61,340 bases of DNA, filler included, from Bipalium vagum (GCA_037834085.1; 3 parts of 3 records of this genome joined end to end with filler, not necessarily neighbours in it), one strand, 5' to 3'. Shown: positions 41,411 through 56,220, numbered from the whole stretch's first letter. Notes: generated by a model not told the origin, from the sequence alone. Made by a program: numbers and translations.

Positions 41411-41510
41411 NNNNNNNNNNNNNNNNNNNNNNNNNNNNNNNNNNNNNNNNNNNNTTAATTAATTAANNNNNNNNNNNNNNNNNNNNNNNNNNNNNNNNNN
41501 NNNNNNNNNN
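41411..41510. other. Scaffold join: 44N + TTAATTAATTAA + 44N (artificial linker)
   Basis: Same structure as 17357-17456. Confidence 0.95.
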
Positions 41511-41659
41511 ATTATTATTATTTATGCATTATTTATCATTTTTATTATTTATTTTTCCCCGGGGGGTGTCCTGGTAAACCCAACAAATTTTAAAATCTTG
41601 GGATAATTGCAACAAATTTTGACTCTTCCGACAAAATAAAACCCAATCTTCTTGATTAC

Positions 41660-41951
41660 TCTTATGACAACCAAAAATAATAATGCTCGATCTTTCTTCT
41701 GACAACAAAATAATAATAGTTCTCGATCTTTCTTCTGACAACCAAATAATAATAGTTCTCGATCTTTCTTCTGACAACAAAATAATAATAGTTCTCGATC
41801 TTTCTTCTGACAACCAAATAATAATAGTTCTCGATCTTTCTTCTGACAACAAAATAATAATAGTTCTCGATCTTTCTTCTGACAACAAAAATATTAATTC
41901 CCGATCTCTCTTCTGACAACAAAATAATAATAAGTCTCGATCTCTCTTCTG
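41660..41951. repeat. 36-bp minisatellite, ~8 units (CTCGATCTTTCTTCTGACAACMAAATAATAATAGTT)
   Basis: GACAAC recurs at 41701, 41737, 41773, 41809, 41845 and 41881; edge units are degenerate. Confidence 0.95.
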
Positions 41952-43042
41952 TGGCAATCCACTGCGGATTCTAATTCCTTATATACCATTCTGATCAGAC
42001 GATTAATAGGGAATGTCGATTACCCTTTCAGATCGATAATTCTAAATCGATCCCTCCTTGTGGACTCTGATCTAATCTTAGCAATTTAGGTTCGCCATTG
42101 TCAAGATTAGATCCTTTTTGGAAATAATTAATTGCCATTTTTTGTTTTAATGTACTTTTTAATTAATTAATCAATTTATTATTATTATTATTATTTTATT
42201 TCTCACCATTTTGAGGTCTCTCAAATATGCTTTTACAAGGGTTTATATTGATTACCCAACATAATATTTAAATCGTAATATTTGTAATGTCTGTATATAA
42301 ATAAAAGTATTAATCAAATTACTTGGCTTATTAATTTCTTTATACTGAGCATGAACGAGTGAAGGTAGTATAGGTTTTTTGGGACATCCGATCTTTTATC
42401 TAAATAAGTAAAACAATAAATAATTTAATAAGTATATGTTTCATATTTTCGAATATGGGCATCATTTAAATTTTTTATAAATTAATAAAGCCCAGACTGT
42501 TTATAACTTTGGAAAATTGAAAAAATTGATAGCATTATTTCAGGCTTTAGAGTATTTATATGTATTAATTTCTTAATAAAGAAAACGTCAATATATGATA
42601 ATTTTATATATTTTGACTTACAATATCAATATTATACGGAGAAAAATCGTAAAATTTGTTCATTTATTAAAAAATTTATTATTATTTATTAAAAATTCAT
42701 TTGATATTTGAATTTTAAAAATTTCCTTTATAGATTTATAAGTTAATGCAAAGACAGAAATAAATATAATTAACTTTTATTAAGTACCTTAATTTAATGA
42801 TAAATAATTCTAGATTTAAAGTCTCATAATAATTAAGATAATATATTTTTATTACTTTAATATATAAGCCGAAAAGGTATTCCATTTTAAAACGTCTTTC
42901 ACAAATATTAAATGTTGTTTTATTAATTGTTATAAAGAAAATAATTAGAATTTAAAGTTATTTTTAATACATTAAAATACTTAGGTAATAATTAAGTAAC
43001 ATTTAGTTTTAAAACTTCCTTTTTTTAAATTTTTCTAGTAAA

Positions 43043-46000
43043 ATGAGTGGAAACACACTTAATAAAGAAAATAATGTAATGTTATCCATAAGAAAAAACA
43101 TGCAGAGAGTGCTTGAGGAAAGGAAAAAAATATTTTCCGAAACTCCTATTCAGTCTCCATTTTCAAAAGAAATAGCTCAACCTGCATTTAAATATCATTT
43201 AAATCAATACAATCCCAATTTACCTCTTGGAGAAGGAACACGTGAATTATCATAAACTTAACTCAAAGTAATTCATATTTTCAACAGGGATGGTTTTAAA
43301 TTCAAATGGAAATTTAAAGAATACCAAACGGATGGATGATTTAGAAAGTGTTACAACACGTCCAAAGGGTTCAGTTATTGTCGGTCCGAATGGTGATTTC
43401 AATGAAAATCAACTGGGGACAATTAAAGAAAATTCTCGCCACAAAATTTTGAATGAAAAAATTGGAAGAAATATGACAAGCAAAGTGAAACGATCATATC
43501 AACTGCCAATCCATCAATTTGAACATGAGATTATGCAAGAAATTGAGAATAACCAGGTTGACAATATTTTATTTTCTAAGTCTAAGAAATTCATGTTTGA
43601 AACTGTTTAATTTAAATTGTAGTCAATATATTGATTTAGATTATGCAATGTATTTGTTGGTGTTATATATTAGATCCTGTGGAAGTTACTGTGGATTTTG
43701 ACAAATATATATTAAGTGAAGTTTACAAAAAAATATACACATTAAACAAAGCATTGATCAATTCTTTTAAATTACTATGTTATCTGTCGGAAAACTGAAA
43801 AATCGCTTATATAATTTTGCATATGGTTGAAAATTCCTCTAATACGTTTTGATGGCCTCCAATGGTAGTCTAAACGTTCAATATCGGCCAGTCTGACAGT
43901 TGAACTACCTATCTTAGAATCAATGGAATGTACGGTGTGGCCTTATCAAGATGCAAGGTAGCGCTCCTCTCATTATGCCAATTCCTATTTTTGGATCGAT
44001 GGGGAAATAAGATATTCTGAACGAGAATAATGTTTTTCTGAATTGAGTCTGCTTTTTCAATTAGAACAACATTTTACTTTTCTTTAATTTCATAAAATTA
44101 AGTCGGTTCAAAAAAATCCATAGTACCTTCCGGATCATCAATTTTTTAGTATTTTCTAAAACAATCGGTTCCTTTAAAAATATTTTTGGTATTACATTAT
44201 CTTTTAATTGTGTCACTTGTTTATACAGCTATTCTGAATGTTATTTCAAAGATGTAAGATTCATTTTGAAGTGTCATTGAATTTTGTAATGATAACGGTG
44301 GAAATTTTTTGAAAATATAAATTGCAAAATGTAAAAGTTAAAGGAAGAGGACATTTAAAATCTATGATACAACAAAATGTTTTAATTAATCAAAAAAATA
44401 TTTTTGAAAGTAATTAGTCAAAAAGATAAATTTTAAAAAATATTTGTTTTTGATTAATTTATTATTAATTGTAAAACCATTTTTAATAAATTTATTAAAG
44501 ATGTTGCTTTTAACAAGATTGTCATTTTCAGAGCTTTTAAAGTGATCCGTTATTAGAATCGAAATATTTACATTCTTTGACCATACGTCAAACTTATAGT
44601 TTGTAGACCTTATGTATTGTATTGATTTCAAAAATGTTGTTCACATATTGAATTTCTAATAACATTCAGACTTTGGTTATTCAAGGAAATACCGGTTGCG
44701 GTAAGAGTACTCAGGTGCCGCAGTTCATATTAGATCATGCTTTTCGAAATGAGGAACCGGTCAATATTGTTGTTACACAGCCGCGTAGAATAGCCGCAAT
44801 CAGCGTTGCAATGCATGTTGCTTTTGAACGAGGTTGGGAGTTGGGGTCCTATGTGGGCTACCAAGTAGGCTTGGATCGAAAATGCAGTAACGAAACAGTT
44901 ATTACCTTTGTAACAACTGGGGTTTTGTTAGAACAGTTGATTCATAATCAAGTACTTACTGATTACACTCACATTATTCTCGACGAAGTTCATGAGAGAG
45001 ATGTTGATATGGATCTTTTGTTGTCAGTGATTAAGGAACTTTTACTGAATGATACTCGTACAAAAATTGTCTTGATGTCGGCCACAATAGCAGCTGAGAG
45101 GTAAATTGTTTTCGTTTTGAACCTAAGGATGTCTTCAAGACTATTTATTTTCAGAAAAATATCAATTGACATTACTATTCAGAAATAGTTTATTTTATTC
45201 AAAATGAATTTGATTTTCTTATAACGTTTTTGATTGTGAGATGTCTTCATAATATCGAGTGTAAAAGAAATTTTTTAAAACTTGATTAAGATCCTTATAT
45301 AAGATTTAATTTCATGCTCTTTCATTAATAATCAGTTCTGAGGAAACTGAAACCTTTATTTATTAGTTGATATTCTTGATTGAGAGACGTCTATGATGTT
45401 CTATTACATAAACAACGTTTTCAAAAAGAACGTTTTCATAGTATGACAACTATTGGTTATTTAAAATAGGTTATTAATGAGAATAATAATACTGTTTTAC
45501 GTTATTTTTCTGCTTTAGAATTACGAACAAATCATTTTGAATTGGTAAAAATGACTATCATACTAACTTATTTTGTTGTACATAGTTGACCTTTTTTTTC
45601 TTTTCCCATTAGAATCTTATGATTTATTACCTCATCGATTATAGACATGATTACATAACAAGCAAAAAGTAATTCTTTAAACTAATTTTTAATATTATCT
45701 TCGGTATAAAATTATTTTTTACTGAAAATAACATTTCCCGAAATGTTTTACACTTCTATTAAGGATTCAGTTTGGTGGTTTCGAAAATTGAAAACGTTAT
45801 TTGATTATTCATATAGATTTTCTTAAATCTCTAAGACAATTATAAATATTCAGATTTTTTTCTCCTAAGATAAAAAATTAAATTCAATACTTTTTTTCTT
45901 TTTGAAAGTGTCAACTTATCAATTATAAAATTGGAATCAAAAAACGTATTTTTCAACCCATTTTACTATCCCACCCCACTATAAGGTTTTTGATAATTTT

Positions 46001-49000
46001 AATTCATATTTTTATCTATACATTGATTTATCTTATTATCAAGATTTTCTTGCTATTTCTCAACAAAAATGGATCCCAGAACGCTTAATCCACTGCCAGG
46101 ATCGATCTTCCAGGTAGACGGGAAAATGTTTCCTGTTGAAGAATTTTTTCTGGATGATTTACCTAGATTGGGTATTTGTCAAGAGTCGTCAAATTCTTAT
46201 GATATTACTGTCCAACCAAGACTAACAGCAGAGTTGAAGGAAATAATCTATCAGCTACTGATGCATATCACACATCTTGAATTGACTGAATCAAGGTGAG
46301 TTTAAACATAATGTTCAGATGTGAAGAAGGTTTAAAAGTTGGTTTTATTTCTTTTCATATAATTCTGGTTTTCGAAAAACATCGATAATATAAAGCAACA
46401 CTTTGGTCCTCATTTCCAAAGAATTCTTTTACGTTAATTTCACATTTTTAATCCAACCAATGTAGTTTATAAAATCAATTTTAGATGATTAAGAGAAAAT
46501 CGAATGTTTATAACAAAATTTCTTCATTATTAGAAAATTCTATAGATTAAATCTTGCTTAGGTATAATTCTATGTAAAAATCTTTATTTAGGATTTTAGA
46601 AAAATCGCTTTTTGAAAACATTTTTTACATCACTTATTCGTTCTACTGAACCGCGTGAATAGAAATAATGAAGGAGTGAAGGGTGAATTTTCGGAGAATT
46701 TTATTGACTACCGATCTGATACGAATGAGAGTGATATCGAGTGTTGTAAATCAGTGTTTTCCTAAACAATTCCACTCAAAAATGAAACACACAAATCAAA
46801 TTAAAACGAGAAAAAGACATCCAACTAGATGTTGGTTGAGATAGTTATAAAATCGTTTAAAAAGTTTAAAATAGAATTCAAAAGCAACTGGAAATAAAAT
46901 TACATGTAAACAGTTGATTTAGTTTGAGGAGACTGAGTATTTTAAATTAATTTTTTTTAATTTTAATTTTTACTTTATAAAAAATATCTTCATGAAATAT
47001 ACTGTTATCTGTGATAAATAATTGATAATGTGACAAGTGAGATTATTTATTTTCGAGTTTTACAATATCATGTAAATGTATTCATTTCTGAAGCTTACAG
47101 ATGGACAAAGATTGACGGGAATTTTAATGCTTTGTTAATATCATATATTAAAGTTTTCAATGACTGCTGTAGATGTATCACGAGAAATGCTTGTCACTGC
47201 TAGCTTTATACGGGTAATCAACTCTTTAGTTTTAGGCTGATTCTCATGATAAACTATTGGCTTATTAATTATATAGCCAGTAATCGCATGGATTTATGTC
47301 TGGAGAACAGAGGTCAAAATTATGGAAAGTGTCTTTGCCAAATTGTTGTTACAGGATCTCTATTACATTACCGAAGATATCTACATCCCATCCTGCATGA
47401 AAATAGTTGAACGATGTTTCCTATTCTTCAAATCCAGTTCATCAAATCTTTAATCATTGAAAGATTGTGCTGGTCATGGACAGTTTCATGGTAGATGAAG
47501 GAGTTAATAGTAATGTTTGGAGACGCCCATCTATGCTGTCACTTTGTATGAATGCCGGGGAATTGTGTGGTATGGTCTTAGATTTTTGCGAGACCAGATG
47601 ACGCAATTCTTTCCTTATGATGCCATTCACATAAAAATGGTATTTATCACTTCATAAGATGTTATTCAATATTTCCTGAATGTTGAGAAGCCACTTTGCA
47701 AACTGCAGTCGAAGGAGAGCATAAATTGATTTTAACACTTTTATATCATGAATTTTTATGGGAGCAGTTTGTTAATAAGCATACGATACACACTGATGTG
47801 AGAGATGTTTGTTTTACCCGAGATTCTTCTAGAAGTACAGTGAATTTCTGATACACTATTTTGTAAAGCATTACGTAAGACTTCATCTTGCATAACAATG
47901 CTCTTAAACTTTCGCAGAGTGGCAATTGCATTCTTACCACTTGAATAAAAAGATTTAATAAAAATCATGTCTTCCAAAAATCACGCTTCATGTAAACGAA
48001 ATTAAAATTTTAGCTACAAAGATTAAATATTGATTTATTAACCATAATAAAATTGTATGGATTAAATTTTAATTGATATTAAATAATAAATAATAAATAA
48101 ATATTTTTAAAATAAATTTAAAAGTAATTTATTAAAATTTAATCCTTAATGTAAAAAATGTTTTTTAATAAATTTTAAGGTTTTTAAAAATTAAATTAAT
48201 TTTAATAAAAGTTTTAGATAATTAATTTGTTTAAGTAAATGATAAAAAGACCACACTTACTCAAATTATACAAATATTTTCTTCGAATAAAAGTGTTGCC
48301 AAATCTTAAGTTTATGAATTCAGAAACTGTTGATAAGGTCGCAGTAACTAACAAAAATGAAAAATTTATTAATTAAAACAAAAAAAGCTAAGTTAAACTT
48401 TGATATGACTTATTAAGCAAACATATATTAAAATTAATTTCCATTTAAATAGTGAATAACGTTTGCTGTTAATGGTTTCTCCTTAATGATTTATTATTAG
48501 TGTTAATAAACAATATTATAATCATTTTGATATTTTCCAACGTCACTCTTATTAATTATTATTATTAGATGTGAGAATATCAAAGACTTAGACATGGGTT
48601 CTGTGCTCATTTTCCTGCCAGGTTTAAGTGATATTACGGAATTAAATGAATATTTGTTGTTGGGATATCAAAGAGAGAATTGCGTAAATCCTCGCAAGCG
48701 GGACTATTTTTCTCATGGTGGACAACCTGCATCTATATTTCCTTTGAGAATTGATCCCAACAGTCATATACGACATATTTTGCAAGACGATACGTTACAG
48801 AAAACCTATCATGATACATTTTACTTGTTAGCTCTTCATTCCAGCATTGGTATAGCAGAACAAAAACGTGCGTTTGAAAATGTTCAGAATGGAAGACGAA
48901 AGATAATTTTGTCAACTAACATTGCTGAAAGTTCAATCACAGTAAAAGATATCAAATATGGTATATAGAGATATTTTTTAAAAAATTGATAATTTTGTCG

Positions 49001-52000
49001 TTTTAGTCATTGATTTGTGTATGATTAAGCGTTTAAGATATGATAGGGAAACACATTTTTCTTCATTACGTGTGGAATGGGCCAGTAAGTCTAGTTGTAA
49101 GCAACGGGCTGGTAGAACTGGTAGAGTGAGGAATGGTGTAGTTTATAGATTAATCACGCAGCACGTGTACAGTCAACTTGATGAATTTTGTCCTCCAGAA
49201 ATTTTGACAGGACCATTAACTCAAGTGAATTGATATATATTAACCTAAACTGACACCCATAATTAATATTTTAGGTAATTTTAAGAATTAAAGAATTTAA
49301 TAGAGATCCGCGGTCTTTACTTCAACGTGCACTAGACTGTCCATCTTTAGAAGACATCGGCTACACCTTATTGACTCTTAAGGAAGCCGGTGCTTTAAGT
49401 ATTAAACGACAGGAAATTACCCATAATATAAAGGATGAGGTTAGATTGATTCTTGAAAATTCTAGTTATTTTGATTCGTGTGATTGATATTTTAAAATCA
49501 TCTTATCAATCCTGATTTGTTGAGTTCTTTCTTTTACTAAATACTATTGATAAATGGATTTTAATTTTTGTTTCAAAGAATGGGGAACAAACTCAAGTAA
49601 CAAACGTTGTCATGCCAGTAGAAGATCATTGGGAGGGAGAGCTGACATTTATTGGGCGTTTAATATCAGCTCTTCCAATGGATTTACACATGGGAAAATT
49701 GATTGCCTTGGGATATGCGTTCGATGTTCTGGAAGAAACAATTATTATAGCGGCCTGCTTAACAGTAAGTCGAAGCATTTTCACTCAGCCTTTCTTTTCT
49801 GGAGAGGTGAAGATCAATAAAATTTCCAGGGCTCCCAATCAAATTCGAATTCTTGATGCATTCGAGTAAGTTTTGGGTATCTAATTCTATTGAAAGAATT
49901 CGTAAAATTTACATTTTAGAAAAAAGTTACGGCTTTCTGATTCAAAATACAGTGATTTGTTGACAATGCTTCATACATTTAAGATTTGGTATCAGCGGAA
50001 AAAGAGTGGAGCGTTTTCAGAACATGCAATTGAGAGAAAATGGTGTGAGTCTCTTTATCTGGATTGCCAATCGCTAAAAGAGGTTGTCTTTTATAAATAT
50101 TGCTTTGAAATTTTTTTATGTTGAGTAAATATTTTATCAAAATTGATTCTGTGGTGTACTTTCCAGGATTAACAAAAAATATTTAAACTATTTTTAATTT
50201 ACTATTAATTAATTAGTTAATTTTTCTGATATTTTTTCCAAAAATTTGTTTATCTTTTCAATCAATAATTAATTAAAAATTATATAATTATATTTATTAT
50301 TTTATCATTACTTTTATTTGATTAATGCTTTCTTGTTAACCCGAAAGAAAATATTGATGTGATTTTTTTTGTATAATCTAAACTTTAGATAAAAAAAGTC
50401 CGATAATTTTTATTTTGAAATGCTTCTTTCTTTTTATGTTCATAGTTATTTTATTTCTTTTATAGTTATCTTATTTTTTTGCTTTTACTCAGGCTGAAGT
50501 ATTGACTAATGAAATCAAAAGGCGATTGAAAGACAAGTTCAATATCATGGTTATGGATTTCCAATCTCTTGATAGAAAAGAAAGTGGTGAAGAAGTGTTC
50601 TTGGATCCGAATGAGAATCACGTCAGTCAAATGAATTCCATTTTATTCAGTAAATCTTTCCGAGTCATTCTGTTGCAAGTGAGAAATTTTTTGCCTGTCC
50701 TTCATTGGATTTGATTGGGAATAAATCCGAATAGATGGCAATTTCCGGTGCATTCTATCCAAACTATTTTTTGCGAACACACAATTCTTTCATCGAAGAC
50801 GATGCGATGAGAACTTTTGACGGTCTAGATCCTTTCCAATGTGTTGAAATCGGTAATTTACCCATGGACGAAGGCTGTCTTTATCGAGATTCTATTGCAA
50901 ATCATTTCAAAAACTATTGTATGAAGTTCTCCTCTGAAAAGCCAGTTGTTGTTTGTCGTAACACGAAAGGAATAATCAAGTTTCCCAAAAACAATGGATC
51001 TTATAACAGTAGCGATCAGCTAGAATCATCGATCTCCATATTTAATCTGAGTGTTTTATTGGCTTTGAAGATGGGGCAACTTAGTAGTCTTAAGCCGAAG
51101 ATTGAAGTTTTCAATTTGACTAATGAAGAAAAATCACGACTAAAATGTATCACAGAATCTGAGAACATAAAGAAAAACCAAATTCTACCTTTGAATTACA
51201 AGTAAACAACCTAGTAACTGAAATTAATTGTATCATTTTTTTAATCTCTAGGTACATATCTGGGCACAGGAATTTTATAGGTCTACCTAATATCGATTGT
51301 AATTTCATAAGAGTTTATGTTACACATGTAAGTTTTCCAAGGAAAAGTCAATTTTCTGTTTATTTATAATGATAATTTTACATTTCGTTTGCACAGGCAA
51401 ATGAGTGTGGGTCATTTTATGGCATTTATGAAGAAGAGAAAGATTCTGAACAGAATCTCTTCGTGGAGATAGGTGAGTATATGTCTCGTTTGAAAGACTC
51501 TGCAAAATCGCGAGTCTTCGAAATAAATAATTTCTGCTTGGCTCCTTACGAAGGGGATTATTACAGAGCTGAAGTGATTTCCAAAGCCAATCAAAATTGC
51601 ACGGTGAATTTTTAATAATAATAATAATATTAATAATAATAAGGAAAACCTAAAATTTATACAATTTTTAAACTATGTAATTGTTGAATATTTATTATTA
51701 ATATATTCGAAGCATTAATTTCCATTCCAATTTAGGTCTATTTTGTTGATTATGGAAACTGTATCACATTAAAGCACAATGATTTGATCGAATTACCTGA
51801 TTATCTTTACAAAATGTGCCCGTTTCTAGCTGTAAAGTTTGTTCTCAGCGAAATAAAGCCGTATACAGCATATCATCCAGACAATAAATGGAACTCACAA
51901 GATAAAGATTGTTTTCTCAACTATATCAATTATTACACTAATAGTCCCATCGGTTGTAAAGTATATTCTGCTGTTGACAATACTGTCCGTGTCCGAGTGG

Positions 52001-55000
52001 TAAGTATTCTTTATTATCAACATAAATCACAATAAATTATTGATTGTCTAATGATTTAGCAAATGGTGGACCACAATGATAAAATCTTAAACGAAGAACT
52101 AATAGTTATGGGAATTGCTGAATATGCAGAAGAATCGTACAATAGTCGTCAAGACAATCTTCTTAGAATCAGATCGAACAATAAACGCCATATCGATTTA
52201 TTTCGACTTTCACATGTAGATTTGCCAAACAGCATTAAAAAAAATGTTCGTGAATCCACATTAATGATTTCTCTTTTTTTAACCCACTTGATTGGATTTT
52301 TGTTATTTCCAGTTAGTACTTGATACCCATGAAGTCGGTGACAGATTCAGTGATACCGGAAACGAGTCCGATTCTCTAAGTGATGAGTTTGAGTGTTTAG
52401 TGAATAGTGTGAGACAGAATCATTTGAAAACGCAAACGGTGACGCTCAGCTCTCCTAATCATCCGTATTTAATGAAATTTCACGGTTTGACGGAATCTTG
52501 TAAAAGGTAATTTCTGTGTTCTTTACTTTCTCACTCGTTGACATATTTTAAAATTATCGGATCTCCGGTTGAAATTTTATTTTATTTACCTTGTGATTTC
52601 CTCTCTTTGCTGACAAAGTTTTTCATTTTCAAATTTCGGTCCAGTTTCATTTAAAATTAATTTTCTTTCCATTTAATTGGTTGTTAATGATATTCTTCAA
52701 GTTTATTCAATAAAAATGACAAGAAAATCAAGCATCGTAAATTGTAAGAATCAATTGCAGATACTTCATTTCAAAAAATTACGTTAGTAAGGGAACTACA
52801 CGTTTTTTGTTTTGAGATTTAAGATAATCGGTTATTGAACTTAAAAAAAGGAATAAATATTCCCTTTTTCCATTTCTCTTTCGCTTTTCAAGTAATAAGT
52901 CTTCACTTCGCTTAACTTGTGTGAACAACTAATGGAGGGGTGCTTGTCTTTGGAAAAGGGATGTATTGGTTTTAACTAATTCATCACAATAATAAAAATC
53001 TCCGGTGTGTAAAAAAATATCTGTCAACAGAGGAGATTAAGCAAGAGAAATATATTCGATTAAATATTATCGATTGTTTTTTTTTTAATATCAGGTAGTC
53101 CTGGTATTGAATTAATTTTTTTAAAAATAATCAATATAGTTGATAATTATTATTAATTTTTAAAATTTAATATATCAATCTTGTTAAACTATTTACAATT
53201 GATAAACAATATTCTGAACATTTTAAGCTGTATTAAATTTTTAATATCATTTAAAAAGAAAGTTAATATTAATTTCTTAGAGAATATTTTCATCAACAGG
53301 ATAAGCATCTACCTAATTTTCCATTTTGATATATGCAGATAAGTAATGTAAATATTTTCCTTTCCTTATTGTAATTTATCGTTTTTTTTATGAATTATTG
53401 AATCAGAATTATTTTTGAAAAGATGAAAATCAGACTAGTTTTAAAGCAGGGCCAGTAGAAAAGGATTATGACCCAATAATAATCAATTATAAATTTTGTT
53501 GATAGACGAGGAAGGAAATATTTTTTTGATTATCTAATACTTTGATATAATGCATTCTTATTTAAATGTTAAATAAATCGTTTGTCATAATCCAATTTGT
53601 CATTTCTCTAAAAACAGAAAATTTACCTCTTAATATTTAAAATATTTCAGATCCGTTGCCATGGCACCGGATTCTGTAAATAGTATTATTATTGAACCAG
53701 AACCACAGAATCATCTCCAAAGAATGCTTGTGGCCCATTGTGTCCAATCAAGTGGAGGAGGCGATCAAGGAAATGATTTATTATTGAGAAATACAACGCT
53801 GATGCCGTCGATTCCTGGACTACCATTTGTTATGATTTTGATATTTGCACCGTACGCTGAACTGATGTGAGTTATTAAATGTTTCTTTTGTTTCAATGAC
53901 AACTTTATTGGATGTGCAATTTTGGTTAATAATTTCAATTATTATTTTAAATATTCACTCAGTATTTTTTTAGTATAATTCAGTAAATTTAAGATAAATG
54001 ATATTATAGATTTTTAATTTTAGTTTTTATCACCAAATCAATTTCACATTTAAAATATTATGGTGCGAACTAATTGTTGGTTTGTAAAAATAATAAATAT
54101 AAAATATGGTTTAATTTTAAATCGACTCCCCAATTATCATTTAGGTTCCGTAAAAGCGTTGAACCTTTATTTTGACTTATTTAAACGTACATAATTATAT
54201 TTATTGAGTAAAATAATTTTTTTTTATTTGGGGGTGGTTTGAAAAAATATACTTTAATTGTGCTTATAGATTGTCAAATTTAGAAACGATTTCATATTTT
54301 ATTGGGGTATATTAATTATAATTTTCACTTAAAGATAAAATCGATATTCTTAAAATGAAAAATTCACGTTTTTATTTGACATATCTATACATAAAAATTT
54401 TTTTATTATTAGAAATTTATGCAGAAATTTATAGAAAATATTTTTTATAACAAATACGCGAATAATTATTCTATAAATTTTGAATAGGATTATATATATC
54501 TTGATTATTTTTCTATATATTACTGCATAAACCTGTATCATTGAATTTTAAATATAATCTCTAATTGTTTTACCATACTTTTTCGTTACTTGATATTGCC
54601 GGTCATTTTTAAAACAAAAAAAATTTTTTTGGTTAAATAAAAAGCAAAATGTAAGTTAGAGAAAATTCATTCAATTGAACTAATCGTAGAATAATTAAAA
54701 GCAAGAGTTATATTTAGTTATTGAAGAATATTAGATTGTAGCTCATCTTAGGAGATGAAATGACGTGCAATTATTGACAAATTTAAATTGAATTAAGTGA
54801 TTTAGCAAAAAAGATGTACATTCAAAATGACACGTACAAAAGTGATATTATAACTTGCAGTAATTATTGTTCATCAGTATTGAAAAAGGAAAGATTTCAC
54901 GGAAAATCGTAAATGTTTGTGTCAACTGTAATCAATAATTGTTATATTCACATTCTGATATTATCCTGGCTATCTTTCTCGTAACCGACTCAATTTTTAA

Positions 55001-56220
55001 AGAAATTTAATAAATGGATGTCATGCAGAATGAAAACCATTTAAACGAACATTAGTTATATGTCTATTATTAGTAACGACGATTAATTGGTTTCCTATCA
55101 TCCTAGAATAAAAATATCTTTAGAAATATTCAAAAGAAGAGATTATTAATTAGTGATTCATAATTATTTGTTTTTATGACAAACTTTTTTTTTATACTTT
55201 CAGCAACACTGAAAAAATCTTTAAAATTAAATGTGACAACCGTTATCTATTAATCATTATTTTTATCATTATAATGAACCGGTTTAGTAAACACCAATAA
55301 TCGCGTCAATTTGATTTAGAACCGATAAATTTAAAACTCGATATATTGGTGCAAAATGTGGACTCGGCATTGATTCCGATTGTCGACCGTTGCACCCTGC
55401 TAACGACATGGATATCCGGACTGATGTCAGATTCGATTCCAGTGACATCAAAAATATCAACGGAATTCGAAGTCTCTTAAATCTCTCCCTTGGAAACACT
55501 TCACATTCCCAAGATATCATGGACAAATATCAATGCGGAATAAAGAAATTCATTTCTGCGTAAGTGTGTCCTATGTAACAAGTAAAGAGATTATTGTCTG
55601 TATCGATTTTGGCAGATTGTTTTTGAAGCATAATCGTGACTTGGTTAACAATTCCAATGTCGGGGAATACCACATGAGTCCAGATATATCTATTTTAAAG
55701 AGTGGTACCTATACCAATACACGAGCGGTAAATCGGATATTTATTCCACATATCCTGGTAGAAGGTGTTGCTCGGCGTCTTGATTGGGTCAGAAATCCCA
55801 TCCTCGGAGATCCAAGAACAGAAAGAGCCAAGGCCGAGTGGTTGCCGCGATATATGGCTGCCGCTGAGGAAAATTTAAAGGATTTACTCGCTCCTCACAG
55901 GTAATTATTGTGCTGCTTAGTTGACTTTAATAATGATCAATTGAAATTCTCTATTGCTATTAATATAATTTTTTATTTATTTAAGTTATTACTATGAATT
56001 ATTACTTAATTTTTTAAGGCCGATTTCTCGAGTTAAGTTGAGTCGAGACGTTTTGCCGGAGGTCAAAGTTTGCGAACTGTGTACTCAAAACAACGATTAC
56101 ATGACTGAAAAGACGCGTCTCGGCGTTCCAATTTTTACTGAAACCGATCTCGAAGAGCATTTATCAAGTGAACAGCATAAACAAAACGTTTTGCAAATGA
56201 GAAACATCCTACAGATTTAG
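43043..56220 (+). CDS. tdrd9: TDRD9/spindle-E DExH helicase-Tudor piRNA-pathway protein (~1632 aa); exons 43043-43241, 43288-43556, 44670-45100, 46044-46295, 48569-48960, 49007-49224, 49275-49439, 49579-49865, 49920-50082, 50493-50678, 50735-51201, 51252-51327, 51397-51603, 51736-51999, 52060-52245, 52313-52506, 53651-53866, 55320-55559, 55616-55900, 56019-56220
   Basis: Helicase motifs GNTGCGKST, TQPRRIAA, DEVHER, MSAT, IFLPG, STNIAESSIT, QRAGRTGR; HA2 region; AISGAFYPNYF. Tudor CLAPYEGDYYRAEV..VYFVDYGN. TDRD9-type C-terminus SVNSII..PQ...RMLVA..LRNTTLMPSIPGLP, GAKCGLG. Terminal C2H2 finger. The 20 exons sum to 4899 nt in frame. Confidence 0.93.
47080..48000 (-). mobile_element. Decayed rosa/DD41D-like Tc1/mariner element in tdrd9 intron 4
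   Basis: N-terminal FIKSFYSSGKNAIATLRKFK (DUF4817-type HTH), RLQFAKWLL, HFYVNG, FMQDG, CSPDINPCDYWL; internal deletions. Confidence 0.75.

Noticed and set aside
41660-41951. CRISPR array (36-bp repeats)
   Set aside because: Units are head-to-tail with no unique spacers, there are no cas genes, and the context is eukaryotic.
41529-41957. Repetitive ORFs on both strands
   Set aside because: By-product of a 36-bp stop-poor tandem unit; no domain or splice context.
38376-43042. Bidirectional promoter shared by bcl9-like and tdrd9
   Set aside because: The interval contains TE and viral debris plus a scaffold join of unknown size; adjacency is unproven.
43790-44010. Further Tc1/mariner fragment in tdrd9 intron 2
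   Set aside because: Only a frameshifted QDGAPPHYA-like trace; too decayed to support.
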